Position numbers and translations under genes: made by a program. The notes beneath the pieces are model-generated. The model was not told the DNA's origin. It ran no database searches and saw only the letters and a list, made by a program, of their open reading frames with translations. A stretch of 64,000 nt of DNA, taken from positions 2,816,001 through 2,880,000 of the forward strand of contig OZ244587.1 in assembly GCA_965218095.1 (NCBI GenBank), given 5' to 3'. Source of the DNA: Candidatus Poribacteria bacterium (lineage in GTDB: Bacteria > Poribacteria > WGA-4E > PCPOR2b). The number at the start of each line of letters is the position of its first letter. Position 1 is the stretch's first letter. Below are positions 52,477-61,532 of the stretch, piece after piece.

Positions 52477-53349
52477 ATGAAACGAGGGCTCACCCCCCAA
52501 CAAATCCAACAGTTCCATGACGATGGCTGTTTAATCGTCCGTGATCTGCTCCCACGCGAAGCGCTTCAGCCCTTGATCGATGAGCTCGTGCAGAAGGTTG
52601 ATGACTTGGCAAACGAAGCGGTGAGGCAGGGGCTACTCGATGCGGCGAACACGTTTGAGGACACGCCTTTTGAAACCCGTTTGGCGCTGGTGTCCGATGC
52701 TTGTTCGGAGCGCAACTGGCTGTGGCGACAGGTTCACGGCAAGCAACAAAAAACGGCGGGCATGTTCACACTTAGAACATGGGCGGCTCTACTGGATGTG
52801 GTGGAGTCATTGATAGGTCCTGAAATTCTAGCGCATCCGCAAACTGTCTTGCGCGTAAAGCTGCCGGACCAGGAGGAAACAGTGGTGCCATGGCATCAGG
52901 ACCTGGCATACCTTAAACCTGAGGAAGCAGGGGATACCTTGGTCGTTAACTTCTGGGTGCCTCTCGTCAGGGCCACCGCTGCCAATGGTTGTATGCAGGT
53001 GATGTGCGGGTCGCATCGATTTGGTCTGCTGCCACACAACTATCGGATATCCATTTACAAAGGCGTCGCCGATGCTAACTTGCCCCCCTGCGAAACGGTG
53101 ACGTGCGAAGTAAACGCAGGCGACGTGTTGATGACCATGGAACGGCTATTGCACCGATCGATTCCCAACACGTCGAATACCGTCCGTTGGAGTGTCGATA
53201 CGCGCTACAGCCGTATTGGTCTGCCCACAGGTCGTGAGAATGTACCCGGCTTTGTGGCCCGCAGTCGCAAGAATCCTGAGTGCGTCGCGCGATCCCATCA
53301 CGACTGGATTCGGCTTTTGACCGAAGCGGGGCTCGATCCGTTCCGATGA
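52477..53349 (+). CDS. Phytanoyl-CoA dioxygenase (PhyH) family protein, copy 1 (alternative start 52426)
   Basis: PWHQD, W.PL..AT..NGC, GSH, LHRS.PN.S...R. Confidence 0.92.
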   Translation: MKRGLTPQQIQQFHDDGCLIVRDLLPREALQPLIDELVQKVDDLANEAVRQGLLDAANTFEDTPFETRLALVSDACSERNWLWRQVHGKQQKTAGMFTLRTWAALLDVVESLIGPEILAHPQTVLRVKLPDQEETVVPWHQDLAYLKPEEAGDTLVVNFWVPLVRATAANGCMQVMCGSHRFGLLPHNYRISIYKGVADANLPPCETVTCEVNAGDVLMTMERLLHRSIPNTSNTVRWSVDTRYSRIGLPTGRENVPGFVARSRKNPECVARSHHDWIRLLTEAGLDPFR

Positions 53350-53390
53350 AAAAGAATTTAGAAGACCGTTCTTCAGTTGAGGAGTCACCA

Positions 53391-54299
53391 ATGAAACGAG
53401 GACTCACCCCCCAACAAATCCAACAGTTCCATGACGATGGCTTTTTGATCGCCCGGAATCTGCTTCCACGCGAAGCGATTCAGCCCTTGATCGATGAGCT
53501 TGAGCAGAAGCTCGATGATTTGACAAACGAAGCGGTAAGGCAGGGGCTGCTCGATGCGGCGAACACGTTTGAGGACGCGCCTTTTGAAACCCGTTTGGCA
53601 CTGGCGTCCGATACTTGCGTGAACCGTAACTGGCTGTGGAACCGAATTCAAGGCAAGCAGCACAAGACCGCCGGGATGTTCACACTCAGAACATATCCGT
53701 CTTTACTGGACGTTGCCGAATCATTGATCGGCCCTGAAATTCTGGCACATCCCCAATTTGCCCTCCGACCGAAACTGCCGGACCAGGAGGAAACAGTGGT
53801 GCCATGGCATCAGGACCTGGCTTACCTGACGCCAGAGGAAGCGGGGGATACATTGGTTGTGAATTTCTGGGTGCCTCTTGTCAAGGCTACTGCTGTCAAC
53901 GGCTGTATGCAGGTGATGCGTGGATCGCATCGATTTGGTCTGCTACCGCACAACTATCGGATAGCCATTTACAAAGGCGTCGCCGATGCCGACTTGCCCC
54001 CCTGCGAAACGGTGACGTGCGAAGTAAACGCAGGCGACGTGTTGATGACCATGGAACGGCTATTGCACCGATCAATTCCCAACACGTCGAATACCGTCCG
54101 TTGGAGTGTCGATACGCGCTACAACCGTATTGGTCTGCCCACAGGCCGTGAAAATGTACCCGGCTTTGTGGCCCGCAGCCGCAAGAACCCTGAGCGCGTC
54201 GCGCGATCCCACCACGACTGGATTGAGCTGTTAACCGAAGCAGGACGCGATCCGTTTCAATGGCATAATTATGATGAGGGAAAGGAGAAAACTTGTTAA
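53391..54299 (+). CDS. Phytanoyl-CoA dioxygenase (PhyH) family protein, copy 2 (alternative start 53346)
   Basis: Same motifs; close tandem paralogue of copy 1. Confidence 0.92.
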   Translation: MKRGLTPQQIQQFHDDGFLIARNLLPREAIQPLIDELEQKLDDLTNEAVRQGLLDAANTFEDAPFETRLALASDTCVNRNWLWNRIQGKQHKTAGMFTLRTYPSLLDVAESLIGPEILAHPQFALRPKLPDQEETVVPWHQDLAYLTPEEAGDTLVVNFWVPLVKATAVNGCMQVMRGSHRFGLLPHNYRIAIYKGVADADLPPCETVTCEVNAGDVLMTMERLLHRSIPNTSNTVRWSVDTRYNRIGLPTGRENVPGFVARSRKNPERVARSHHDWIELLTEAGRDPFQWHNYDEGKEKTC

Positions 54300-54300
54300 T

Positions 54301-55569
54301 ATGAAACCCAGGACCGTTGAACTTGAAGATGTAGAGCATATCAAGGTTGCCTACAGCAAAGATACCTATCGGGGACATCCGCGCCACTGTGGCATGTTCA
54401 ACTTCGGTAATGGCGAACTGGCCGTTACCTACAACCGCGCACCCTGTGCCTATGAAAAGTCCGATGACGTCCATCACGACTTCCATTATATGGAGCGGTC
54501 GGAGCAGGTCCTGGCTCGCTCGTTGGACAACGGCGCAACCTGGCCCGAGCGCGAAGAGGTGCTTGTCTGGCAGCGGGGCGGGGCAATCGATAATCTGCGG
54601 GCGCGCCTGTGGCCTGAGGATACAGCCAGGGAGGAACTGGATATGTCTCAGCCGGAGGCCTGCTTCTTCTTCGGCCGGTCCTGGGCAGGCAAGGCCGTCC
54701 AGCTTTCAGCGCGAAGTGGGACAGTGCCTCTGTATGTGACCTTTTCACTACGCTCTATGGACAAGGGGAGAACCTGGGAAAGGGTCCCCACTCTCTTTGT
54801 GCCGCCCGCCCATGCAGAGACAGTACTGTTGAACGCACACCCCCCGGTGCGTCTGCCCGATGGGAGCTTCCTAGTGGTGCTGACCGCTGGCGGCGGAGGG
54901 AGTGTGAGTCAATACAAAGAAGCAGCGCTTTACATGAGCGATGACAACGGTCTGAGTTGGGAATATATCACCACCATCGCCCGCGATCCCACCGGTGTTT
55001 GGGGCTACACCTATTCGGCGTTGATTATGCTGCCTAGCGGCCGATTGCAGTGCTATACGATGCGGCAGAACATCAACGCGTCGCAAGGGAATTGGGCCTG
55101 TATGAACTATTCCGACGATGGGGGATTGAGCTGGAGTAAGGTGCGGCCCATCGGGCAACTCGGCTATTCCCCCTGGGTGGCTCGGCGGCGGCCCGGGCAG
55201 TATAGCCGACCGCGTGCCACACAGGATCCGTCGGGCCGCCTGATGCAGACCTACGAGCCGACGCCGACCGGGGCTGCTCTCTGCCGCTCACCCTACCCGC
55301 TCCTGCTGCGAGATGGTCGAATTGTGGTGCTGTATGGCCGTCGGAAGCCCCCCTTTGGCATAGGCGGTATGGTCAGTGAGGATGAAGGGAAGACCTGGAG
55401 CCAGGAATTTGTATTGCGGGACGATGCCAACTGTAGCGACCTGGGGTACCCGGTGGCTACAGAGTTAGATAACGGGCGTATATTCATAGCCTATTACTAC
55501 AACCTCGACGACGGTAACAAGTTTGGTGGGACACGTTTTATTGCCGGTAGCTGCTTCGGGTTAAAGTAA
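54301..55569 (+). CDS. Sialidase-like (BNR/Asp-box) beta-propeller protein
   Basis: Asp boxes SLDNGATW, SMDKGRTW, SDDNGLSW, SDDGGLSW, SEDEGKTW; DLGYP. Confidence 0.88.
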   Translation: MKPRTVELEDVEHIKVAYSKDTYRGHPRHCGMFNFGNGELAVTYNRAPCAYEKSDDVHHDFHYMERSEQVLARSLDNGATWPEREEVLVWQRGGAIDNLRARLWPEDTAREELDMSQPEACFFFGRSWAGKAVQLSARSGTVPLYVTFSLRSMDKGRTWERVPTLFVPPAHAETVLLNAHPPVRLPDGSFLVVLTAGGGGSVSQYKEAALYMSDDNGLSWEYITTIARDPTGVWGYTYSALIMLPSGRLQCYTMRQNINASQGNWACMNYSDDGGLSWSKVRPIGQLGYSPWVARRRPGQYSRPRATQDPSGRLMQTYEPTPTGAALCRSPYPLLLRDGRIVVLYGRRKPPFGIGGMVSEDEGKTWSQEFVLRDDANCSDLGYPVATELDNGRIFIAYYYNLDDGNKFGGTRFIAGSCFGLK

Positions 55570-56071
55570 TTTGACTTTGTATGAGAGTTAGCAGATCTAC
55601 TTGTGGCTCGCCCCCCCAGCCCCCCCAATGCTTCCTTACTTTTACCCAGATCTTTTCATCCGCGCCATATCAGGCATGGGAGCGGGTTTCCACTTTCTCA
55701 CTTTCCCCTTTTTCACCTGAAACGCCCGAATTTTGGCTTAACTTGATACATAAGAATTTTTTTCTTGAAAAATCGTCTTTCATCGTGCAAAATTAGCACC
55801 GTGTGTTTATCTGGATAGAACCAGAGCTTTGGGAGTTTGCTAAGGAATATGAGCAAACACCTATTGTACATCAGCCGCACAACGGGTGCGAGAAGTATCT
55901 CGTTTCGCTTCGGGAAAGTGTTTTGATGGATTTATTTGCCAAGCGAAACGTTAAAATTGTCAAGTCATGAATTCTTCGTACCCCGCATGGGTCTGAAATT
56001 TTGTGAATCACTTTCTTTTTTTCAATTTTATTTAGACGTAGAACCTAATATCAACAATAGGATGATAAATC

Positions 56072-56941
56072 ATGAAACGCGCAATTGCGATTTGCAGTGC
56101 ACTACTTCTTTTTGCAGTGATTCCTATGAGCCATTCCAAGGAAGACATTCCTTTCCTCTGGCTAGACGCCACAAACAACCCCGGCGATGCCCAAAATAAA
56201 TGGGACAACATCGGGACGTCTGGTGGGGATGTCGGTCCTGGAGCGGATCTTGGAGGTGCGAATCCGTCTCTTGTAGAAAAGGAAGTCATGAATGGTAAAA
56301 TCAAGGCGTATTACTTAGGAGATGCCGAAGGAGAGTTCTTCGGCGACGATGCTGGTGACGGTCCCCCCTTCCATGTCGAGGACTATACCTTTGAGATGTG
56401 GTTGATACACAATGGCCCAGCCAGTGGTGGTGGTGAGCATCAGATTTCCGGTTGGTATGATTTCCCCGAACTCGCCCGTACGCAGTGGCTCTGTTATCGC
56501 TTCGTGCCGCCGGACACAGGGGCCATAAATACTTACATCAGCGGGGGTAAAACCGATAACGCCCAAAGGTTCTCCTTCGCGACCGGCGCCGATATCGGGA
56601 AGAATAAGTGGGCCCAGGCAGTGTTCCAGTACGACGATAATGCCAATACGCATACCGCCTTCGTGAATGGCAAGCTAGTCAAAAAGCGGGGCGTCGAGAA
56701 AAAACAGGACTTCGACCACAACATAGACGTAAGTGTGGCCACGGTCATGGCAATTGCCTTTATCGAGCCTAACAATCGGACCATGAATGGTGGAATCGCC
56801 ATCATCCGGGTGTGGGATAAAATTCTAGACGCTGCTACGATAGCGGAGCTCTTCGATGATCCCTATGGCCAACAGGTTTTTTCCGTTGATCCTGCCGATA
56901 AGCTCTCAACAACTTGGGGTGCGGTGAAGCGCGGGTTTTAA
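56072..56941 (+). CDS. Secreted LamG/concanavalin A-like protein with C-terminal KLxTTWG motif
   Basis: Signal peptide, TFEMW, W....F.YD, FVNG, GGIAIIRVWDKIL, VDPADKLSTTWGAVK. Confidence 0.8.
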   Translation: MKRAIAICSALLLFAVIPMSHSKEDIPFLWLDATNNPGDAQNKWDNIGTSGGDVGPGADLGGANPSLVEKEVMNGKIKAYYLGDAEGEFFGDDAGDGPPFHVEDYTFEMWLIHNGPASGGGEHQISGWYDFPELARTQWLCYRFVPPDTGAINTYISGGKTDNAQRFSFATGADIGKNKWAQAVFQYDDNANTHTAFVNGKLVKKRGVEKKQDFDHNIDVSVATVMAIAFIEPNNRTMNGGIAIIRVWDKILDAATIAELFDDPYGQQVFSVDPADKLSTTWGAVKRGF

Positions 56942-57019
56942 CCTTTAGCGAGGTTTTAACCTCTGGTGCGAATGCAGGTAAGCACAATACATGATGAAAT
57001 CAGATTCATGCGGTTAAGT

Positions 57020-57050
57020 GGGGCACGGTATATCTGCCGTGCCCCTTTTT
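57020..57050 (+). terminator. Rho-independent terminator
   Basis: GGGGCACGG-loop-CCGTGCCCC followed by a T-run. Confidence 0.85.
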
Positions 57051-57092
57051 ATTTTTTCTGAGTGGTTCATTGCAGAAGTCCGCATACGGTTT

Positions 57093-57152
57093 TATACCGA
57101 TTTAGGTTTCTGATTTCCCACTAATTGGGAAATTTAAACCCTGATCCAGTAT
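57093..57152. repeat. Miniature inverted-repeat element (ATAC...GTAT ends)
   Basis: TATACCGATTTAGG...ATTTCCCA / TGGGAAAT...ATCCAGTAT; ends shared with 63385-63526. Confidence 0.5.
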
Positions 57153-57721
57153 TCGGATTGAAACTTTCCATTTGATAGAGCCTCGGCAGCTTCAGCGGCC
57201 TTTTCGCTCTTGCCCCTATGTCTCCTTCCAACTTTGGGGCTTACCTTTACCTATACATCTCGGACGTGAAGGCGAAAAGTTCCCTCCCCCCTCGCATTTC
57301 AGGGGCGGATAGGTACGCCAAAAAGCAGGTGGTGACGGTCTCGGACGCCTTGAACTGAAGTTCAGAGCCTGCTCCGATCTATCGGAGTCTCTAGCGAAGC
57401 GAGATTCCGTGAAGCGGAGCTCAAAGCTAAAGTCCACTCAAGTGGACTAAACATGGGGGGGCCAGTCGTCTTGAGACCAATGCTACTAAGATTTGGGTTT
57501 GGTCATCTGAGCCACCAACTGGTTTCGGGCACCATCTCGGTTACCAACAAGGATGAGATAAGTTTGCGGGTGACCACGAATCGCTCGTGGTTCATAGCCA
57601 ACTTTATTGGGTTGTTTCTTGAGTCTGCACTTTGCCAGTTGTTGCAAGAGATATTCGTAACCGTTCAGGGGGAACAGGCGCCTGTGCGGCGTGGGTTTGT
57701 AAGGACTTGAAAAGCAAAAAA

Positions 57722-59269
57722 ATGAAGATTCCTGTCGTTCTCAGCACAGATCTCTACTATCACATCGGTGACTCAGATGACCATTTCGACGCCGCGTGCT
57801 ATCTGACCTGTTCTGAATTTGACCATCGGGGGATTCTCCTCGACCACAACGCGGGACGACGTGGACGGCCCCAAGACGGGCGCCATGTGCTTGCCAAGTT
57901 GATGGAGTTCAGCGGAAACGTCTGTCCTTTCGCCCACGGTCTTCAGAACTTTCACATGAAGGACGCGCGTGATAAGGCGTTGGATAACCCGTGCCAGGAG
58001 GGGCAGCAATTACTTCGTGCTGCGCTTGAAGGTCCCGGCAAACTCGTCATCATCGCTGTCGGCGCCTTCACCGACGTCGGCGTCGCTTCGGCTTGCTGGC
58101 CTGAGTTGATGAGGAACAAGGTCGAGCGGATCTACCTGGTTGGCGCTTATGCGGGTTATCACATTCACGGCCAGGAGCGGAACACGGCGGATGACCCGGT
58201 CGCGCTCAGGCTTCTCCTGAATTCAGGGCTTCCCGTCACCATTCTTCCCTGCGACATCACCTGTTGGCCATTCGATTTCTACCGGCTGATTGGCTCTCAA
58301 AATCCACTCTGCGACTTTCTCTCGAAGGAGGTCTTCTGGGCATACCTCGTTCGTGAACCAATGGGCGCCCCTGTCGAGCGAGTCGATCGATACGCGATTA
58401 TGGAGCAGTAAAAGAAGCTTTACAGCACACTTGCTTTTGCCATGGCCGCGGGGGATGCGCGGGCGACGGAGATGGCTGAGGTTGTGCCGTGCCGTGCGGA
58501 GGTTAACGAACAGGGGCGGCTTGCAGGTCTCGAAAAGCAGAGTCCCGGGGCGCACTTTGATCTGGTCGTTTCGACCAACAATTCGCTCATTGAAGCGTTC
58601 CTCGTTGAAAAGCTGAGTTCAGCGTCAGGGGGGGAGGGAAAAGGGGAGCGCGTCATTACCCCGGAACGGAAACTTATAGCAAGAGAGCACCCCTCCTCTC
58701 GGAAAGCCCGCCATAAGACGGTCGTGCGGATCGATCCAGGTCATTTTTACTACGGCGAGGCGTGCGAAGAGCGGACGCTTGAAGGCGCAATCGAAATGGA
58801 TGCGTACCCTGTAACCAATCACGAGTACTGGTGCTTCCTTTCGGAGATGGGACACCCCATGCCGCCCCATTGGCCGGGAAGAGTGCTAGAAGGGACCGAG
58901 AACGAGCCGGTTGTCAAGGTCACGTGGTCCGACGTTGTGGCATACTGCGATTGGGCTGGAAAGCGACTGCCGACGGAGGCGGAATGGGAGCGTGCGGCGC
59001 GAGGGACGGACAAGCGCGTCTTCCCGTGGGGCGATAAGGAAATCTCTCCTGTGCCCAAAGGCGGCGGGTTGCCTCCAAATGGGCCGTGGGATATGATTGG
59101 AAAGGTGTGGCAGTGGACATCGGACTGGTTTGATGCGTCAAAGCAGTACCGTGTCCTACGGGGTTCATGCGCCCGGCTGCCGATCTTTCCAATTTTCTTC
59201 CGTTACTGGGCGAAACCGGAGGCGCGTTCGGCATACATCGGCTTCCGATGCTGCCGGGATGCAAACTAG
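57722..59269 (+). pseudogene. Nucleoside hydrolase-like + FGE-sulfatase fusion interrupted by an in-frame TAA
   Basis: TD....GDSDDHFD, VGAFTD, ERN...DP in part 1; [25 protein letters not shown] in part 2; same frame across TAA 58409-58411. Confidence 0.7.
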
Positions 59270-59421
59270 GGGGATACCCAAAAAATAACGCATTTATAAA
59301 TAATTGGCTTGCAGATTCTTTGAATATGTGATATTATTGGGGTGTTACAAGCCTGTGATTCTGAAGTTTATTAAATCGTTGGCTTGTTTTACCTTTCCTC
59401 GCCAAAGTAAAGGACACCCCA

Positions 59422-59862
59422 ATGAGTGATTTTCTTAGTGTAGTAGCGGATATACTCATTATCATTGCTGCTGGAAAGTTCATTTGGAAACACATTCCCA
59501 GTAGTGACGATTTGTATAGTATCAGAAAGTCCTTCATAGACTTCAGAGATGAAGCAAAACAACTGAAAGAAGAAGTCGTCAATTTAAGAAGGGTAGAGCT
59601 TACCAACATCGCAGAGAATCTGAAAACTAGAGATGCAACTGCGAAGAAAACCGTACCTGTTGAAGATATTGACAAGAAACTTGATTCTTTTCAACAGTCA
59701 GTAACGAGAATGGACAGGTACATGACAACTACCCTTGCAACTCATGTAGCAGTCATCAAGTCAATAGATAGTATAGAGGGGCGTTATGCCCAAATGGAGG
59801 AACGATTTGGGCAAACCGAAACAACCCTCCGAAATGTTGCTAGAAGATTGCACATGAGATAG
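59422..59862 (+). CDS. Passenger: membrane-anchored coiled-coil protein
   Basis: N-terminal hydrophobic helix, helical body; upstream TTGCAG-N17-TATTAT promoter starting in the TIR. Confidence 0.7.
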   Translation: MSDFLSVVADILIIIAAGKFIWKHIPSSDDLYSIRKSFIDFRDEAKQLKEEVVNLRRVELTNIAENLKTRDATAKKTVPVEDIDKKLDSFQQSVTRMDRYMTTTLATHVAVIKSIDSIEGRYAQMEERFGQTETTLRNVARRLHMR

Positions 59863-59927
59863 ACATAAAACAGGCGAGGGGGTGTTATAGCACCCCCACC
59901 GCCACAACATGGCAAAGGAGACCCCCC

Positions 59928-60107
59928 ATGCCACGCATCAAATACATCAAGTCTTACAGGCGTAAAGACGGCACGCTTGTAAGTCCACATATACGGACAA
60001 CTGCTGATAACACCCTCTGCATCACGACTTATTCCAATGAAAGGAGGGATTATCGTGTTTATAAAAATACGCAAAACCTTTACGTTTATCGTACTCAAAA
60101 TCGCTAA
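59928..60107 (+). CDS. Passenger: 59-aa basic protein with Y-R-x-DGT-x-V-x-PH-x-RT motif (not in ORF track)
   Basis: AAGGAG RBS; MPRIKYIKSYRRKDGTLVSPHIRTTADNT... Confidence 0.55.
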   Translation: MPRIKYIKSYRRKDGTLVSPHIRTTADNTLCITTYSNERRDYRVYKNTQNLYVYRTQNR

Positions 60108-60125
60108 ACGTAAGGGTAATCAAAC

Positions 60126-60247
60126 GCCGTATAGCAGTCCTTATACGGCTACGCCTAAGCAATAACTCTTAGGCAATATCAGGGGGTGCTACACAAAGCA
60201 CTCCCTGATATTTTGTTGCTAGAGTGTCCGGCTCCCACCGGACACTC
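60126..60247. other. Four back-to-back stem-loops (candidate structured RNA/terminator)
   Basis: Stems at 60126-60149, 60153-60174, 60175-60212, 60222-60247. Confidence 0.55.
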
Positions 60248-60296
60248 CCTTATGGGAAAACCTCTGAAAATATGACTCAGAAAGGAGGCAGATGTT

Positions 60297-60491
60297 ATGT
60301 CATCACAAAGGAAGGTGGATATTCAACGTGTTAAAGAACATCTACAAAAACATGCTGATAAAACCCACCGAATTGAAGAGAGGTTATTTACCTCTACTGC
60401 AACCGTAGAAGATTTAAGAGTTGCAATTCAGTTACTTAAAAATGACTACACACTAATTACAACCATTTTCAAAAGGTTGGAAATAGTGTAA
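60297..60491 (+). CDS. Passenger: small helical hypothetical protein
   Basis: AAGGAGG RBS, 64 aa. Confidence 0.65.
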   Translation: MSSQRKVDIQRVKEHLQKHADKTHRIEERLFTSTATVEDLRVAIQLLKNDYTLITTIFKRLEIV

Positions 60492-60529
60492 TCTAATCCT
60501 TCTATGGAGTCTCCAGAGGTTTTCCCACC

Positions 60530-61411
60530 CTACACAAAGCATTCCCTGATAAACTTCTTGAAGATGTTCCGGTTCTTCCGGTTGTTGTACTTGTAACACG
60601 CCTCAGCGATGTAGAGCGAAACATGCTTGTAGTGGTGATGTGTACCATGAAACGCACGTTTCACCAGCGACCAGAACCCTTCAATCGTGTTTGTGTGGGT
60701 ATTACCGTCCACGTACTGCCAGTTCTTGTGTCTGATGACATGGTGAGGCATGAGCCCATCAACCGCCTCATACGATGAGAACTCATCTGTCATTAGAACT
60801 GAATCCTTCGGCTTCTCAATAACGCCTTTGATGAACCCCAAAACGCCCTTACGACTCAAACTCGTAGCTACACGCGCCACAACATTCCCAGCCCGTTCAA
60901 CAGCACCGATAACGGGCGTTTTCTTCGTGCCTCTACCTCGCTTGCTCGGTGGAGGCAAGTTCCCGTCCTTGTCTTTTCGTCGTCGGGGCTTACCGCCCAC
61001 GTAGGTTTCATCGCATTCAATAATTCCTCTCAGTAAAACCTTGCCCTTTCTACCCATCTCAGACCTGATTCGTTTCATCATGAACCAAGCTGAGGGTTGC
61101 GTTAAGTCCAAATGACGAGCCATTTGACAACTTGATAGGCTTTTCTTCGCATCGTTCATTAACAGGATAGCCATAAACCACTTCTGAAGTGGAATCTGTG
61201 TTCCTTGAAATATCGTTCCCTGTAACACATTGAAACTTGACTTACAAGTATGGCAATTCCAACGACCAATTATGCTAGCTTCATTCTTCGGTGCAACCTT
61301 TTTACTTTCGCAATATGGACACTCAGGTTTGCCACCCCAGCGGATAGTTTCTAAGTGTTTAATACAACTCTCTTGGTCAGAAAATCGTTCTACAGCATCA
61401 AACAAGTTCAT
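60530..61411 (-). CDS. IS1595-family (ISXO2-like) transposase
   Basis: Zn ribbon CPYC...CHTC, GTIF, HTH, DETYVGG, TDE, HTNTIEGFWS, Y..E..Y.YN. Confidence 0.95.
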   Translation of the reverse strand: MNLFDAVERFSDQESCIKHLETIRWGGKPECPYCESKKVAPKNEASIIGRWNCHTCKSSFNVLQGTIFQGTQIPLQKWFMAILLMNDAKKSLSSCQMARHLDLTQPSAWFMMKRIRSEMGRKGKVLLRGIIECDETYVGGKPRRRKDKDGNLPPPSKRGRGTKKTPVIGAVERAGNVVARVATSLSRKGVLGFIKGVIEKPKDSVLMTDEFSSYEAVDGLMPHHVIRHKNWQYVDGNTHTNTIEGFWSLVKRAFHGTHHHYKHVSLYIAEACYKYNNRKNRNIFKKFIRECFV

Positions 61412-61532
61412 TCATCTCAACTCCTTTATTCATAAGGGTTTGATGCCTATATTGTATCAAATTTACACAAAACTTGCAAGCCTAAACCTTATAAGCGCGA
61501 AAAATAATGTGTTACGAAAGGAGAAACATACA

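Larger units (their letters stand above)
59289..61499 (-). mobile_element. IS1595-family element carrying passenger genes (transporter IS), 2211 bp
   Basis: 8-bp direct repeat AAAAATAA at 59281-59288 and 61500-61507; imperfect 25-bp TIRs CGCATTTATAAATAATTGGCTTGCA / CGCGCTTATAAGGTTTAGGCTTGCA. Confidence 0.88.

Noticed and set aside
57260-57450. IS200/IS605 (tnpB) end remnant with hairpin AGTCCACT-CA-AGTGGACT
   Set aside because: Only short hairpins and no recognisable tnpA/tnpB coding remnant
61230-61532. N-terminal extension of the foldase ORF
   Set aside because: Overlaps the IS1595 transposase and TIR; the real start with RBS and signal peptide is 61533
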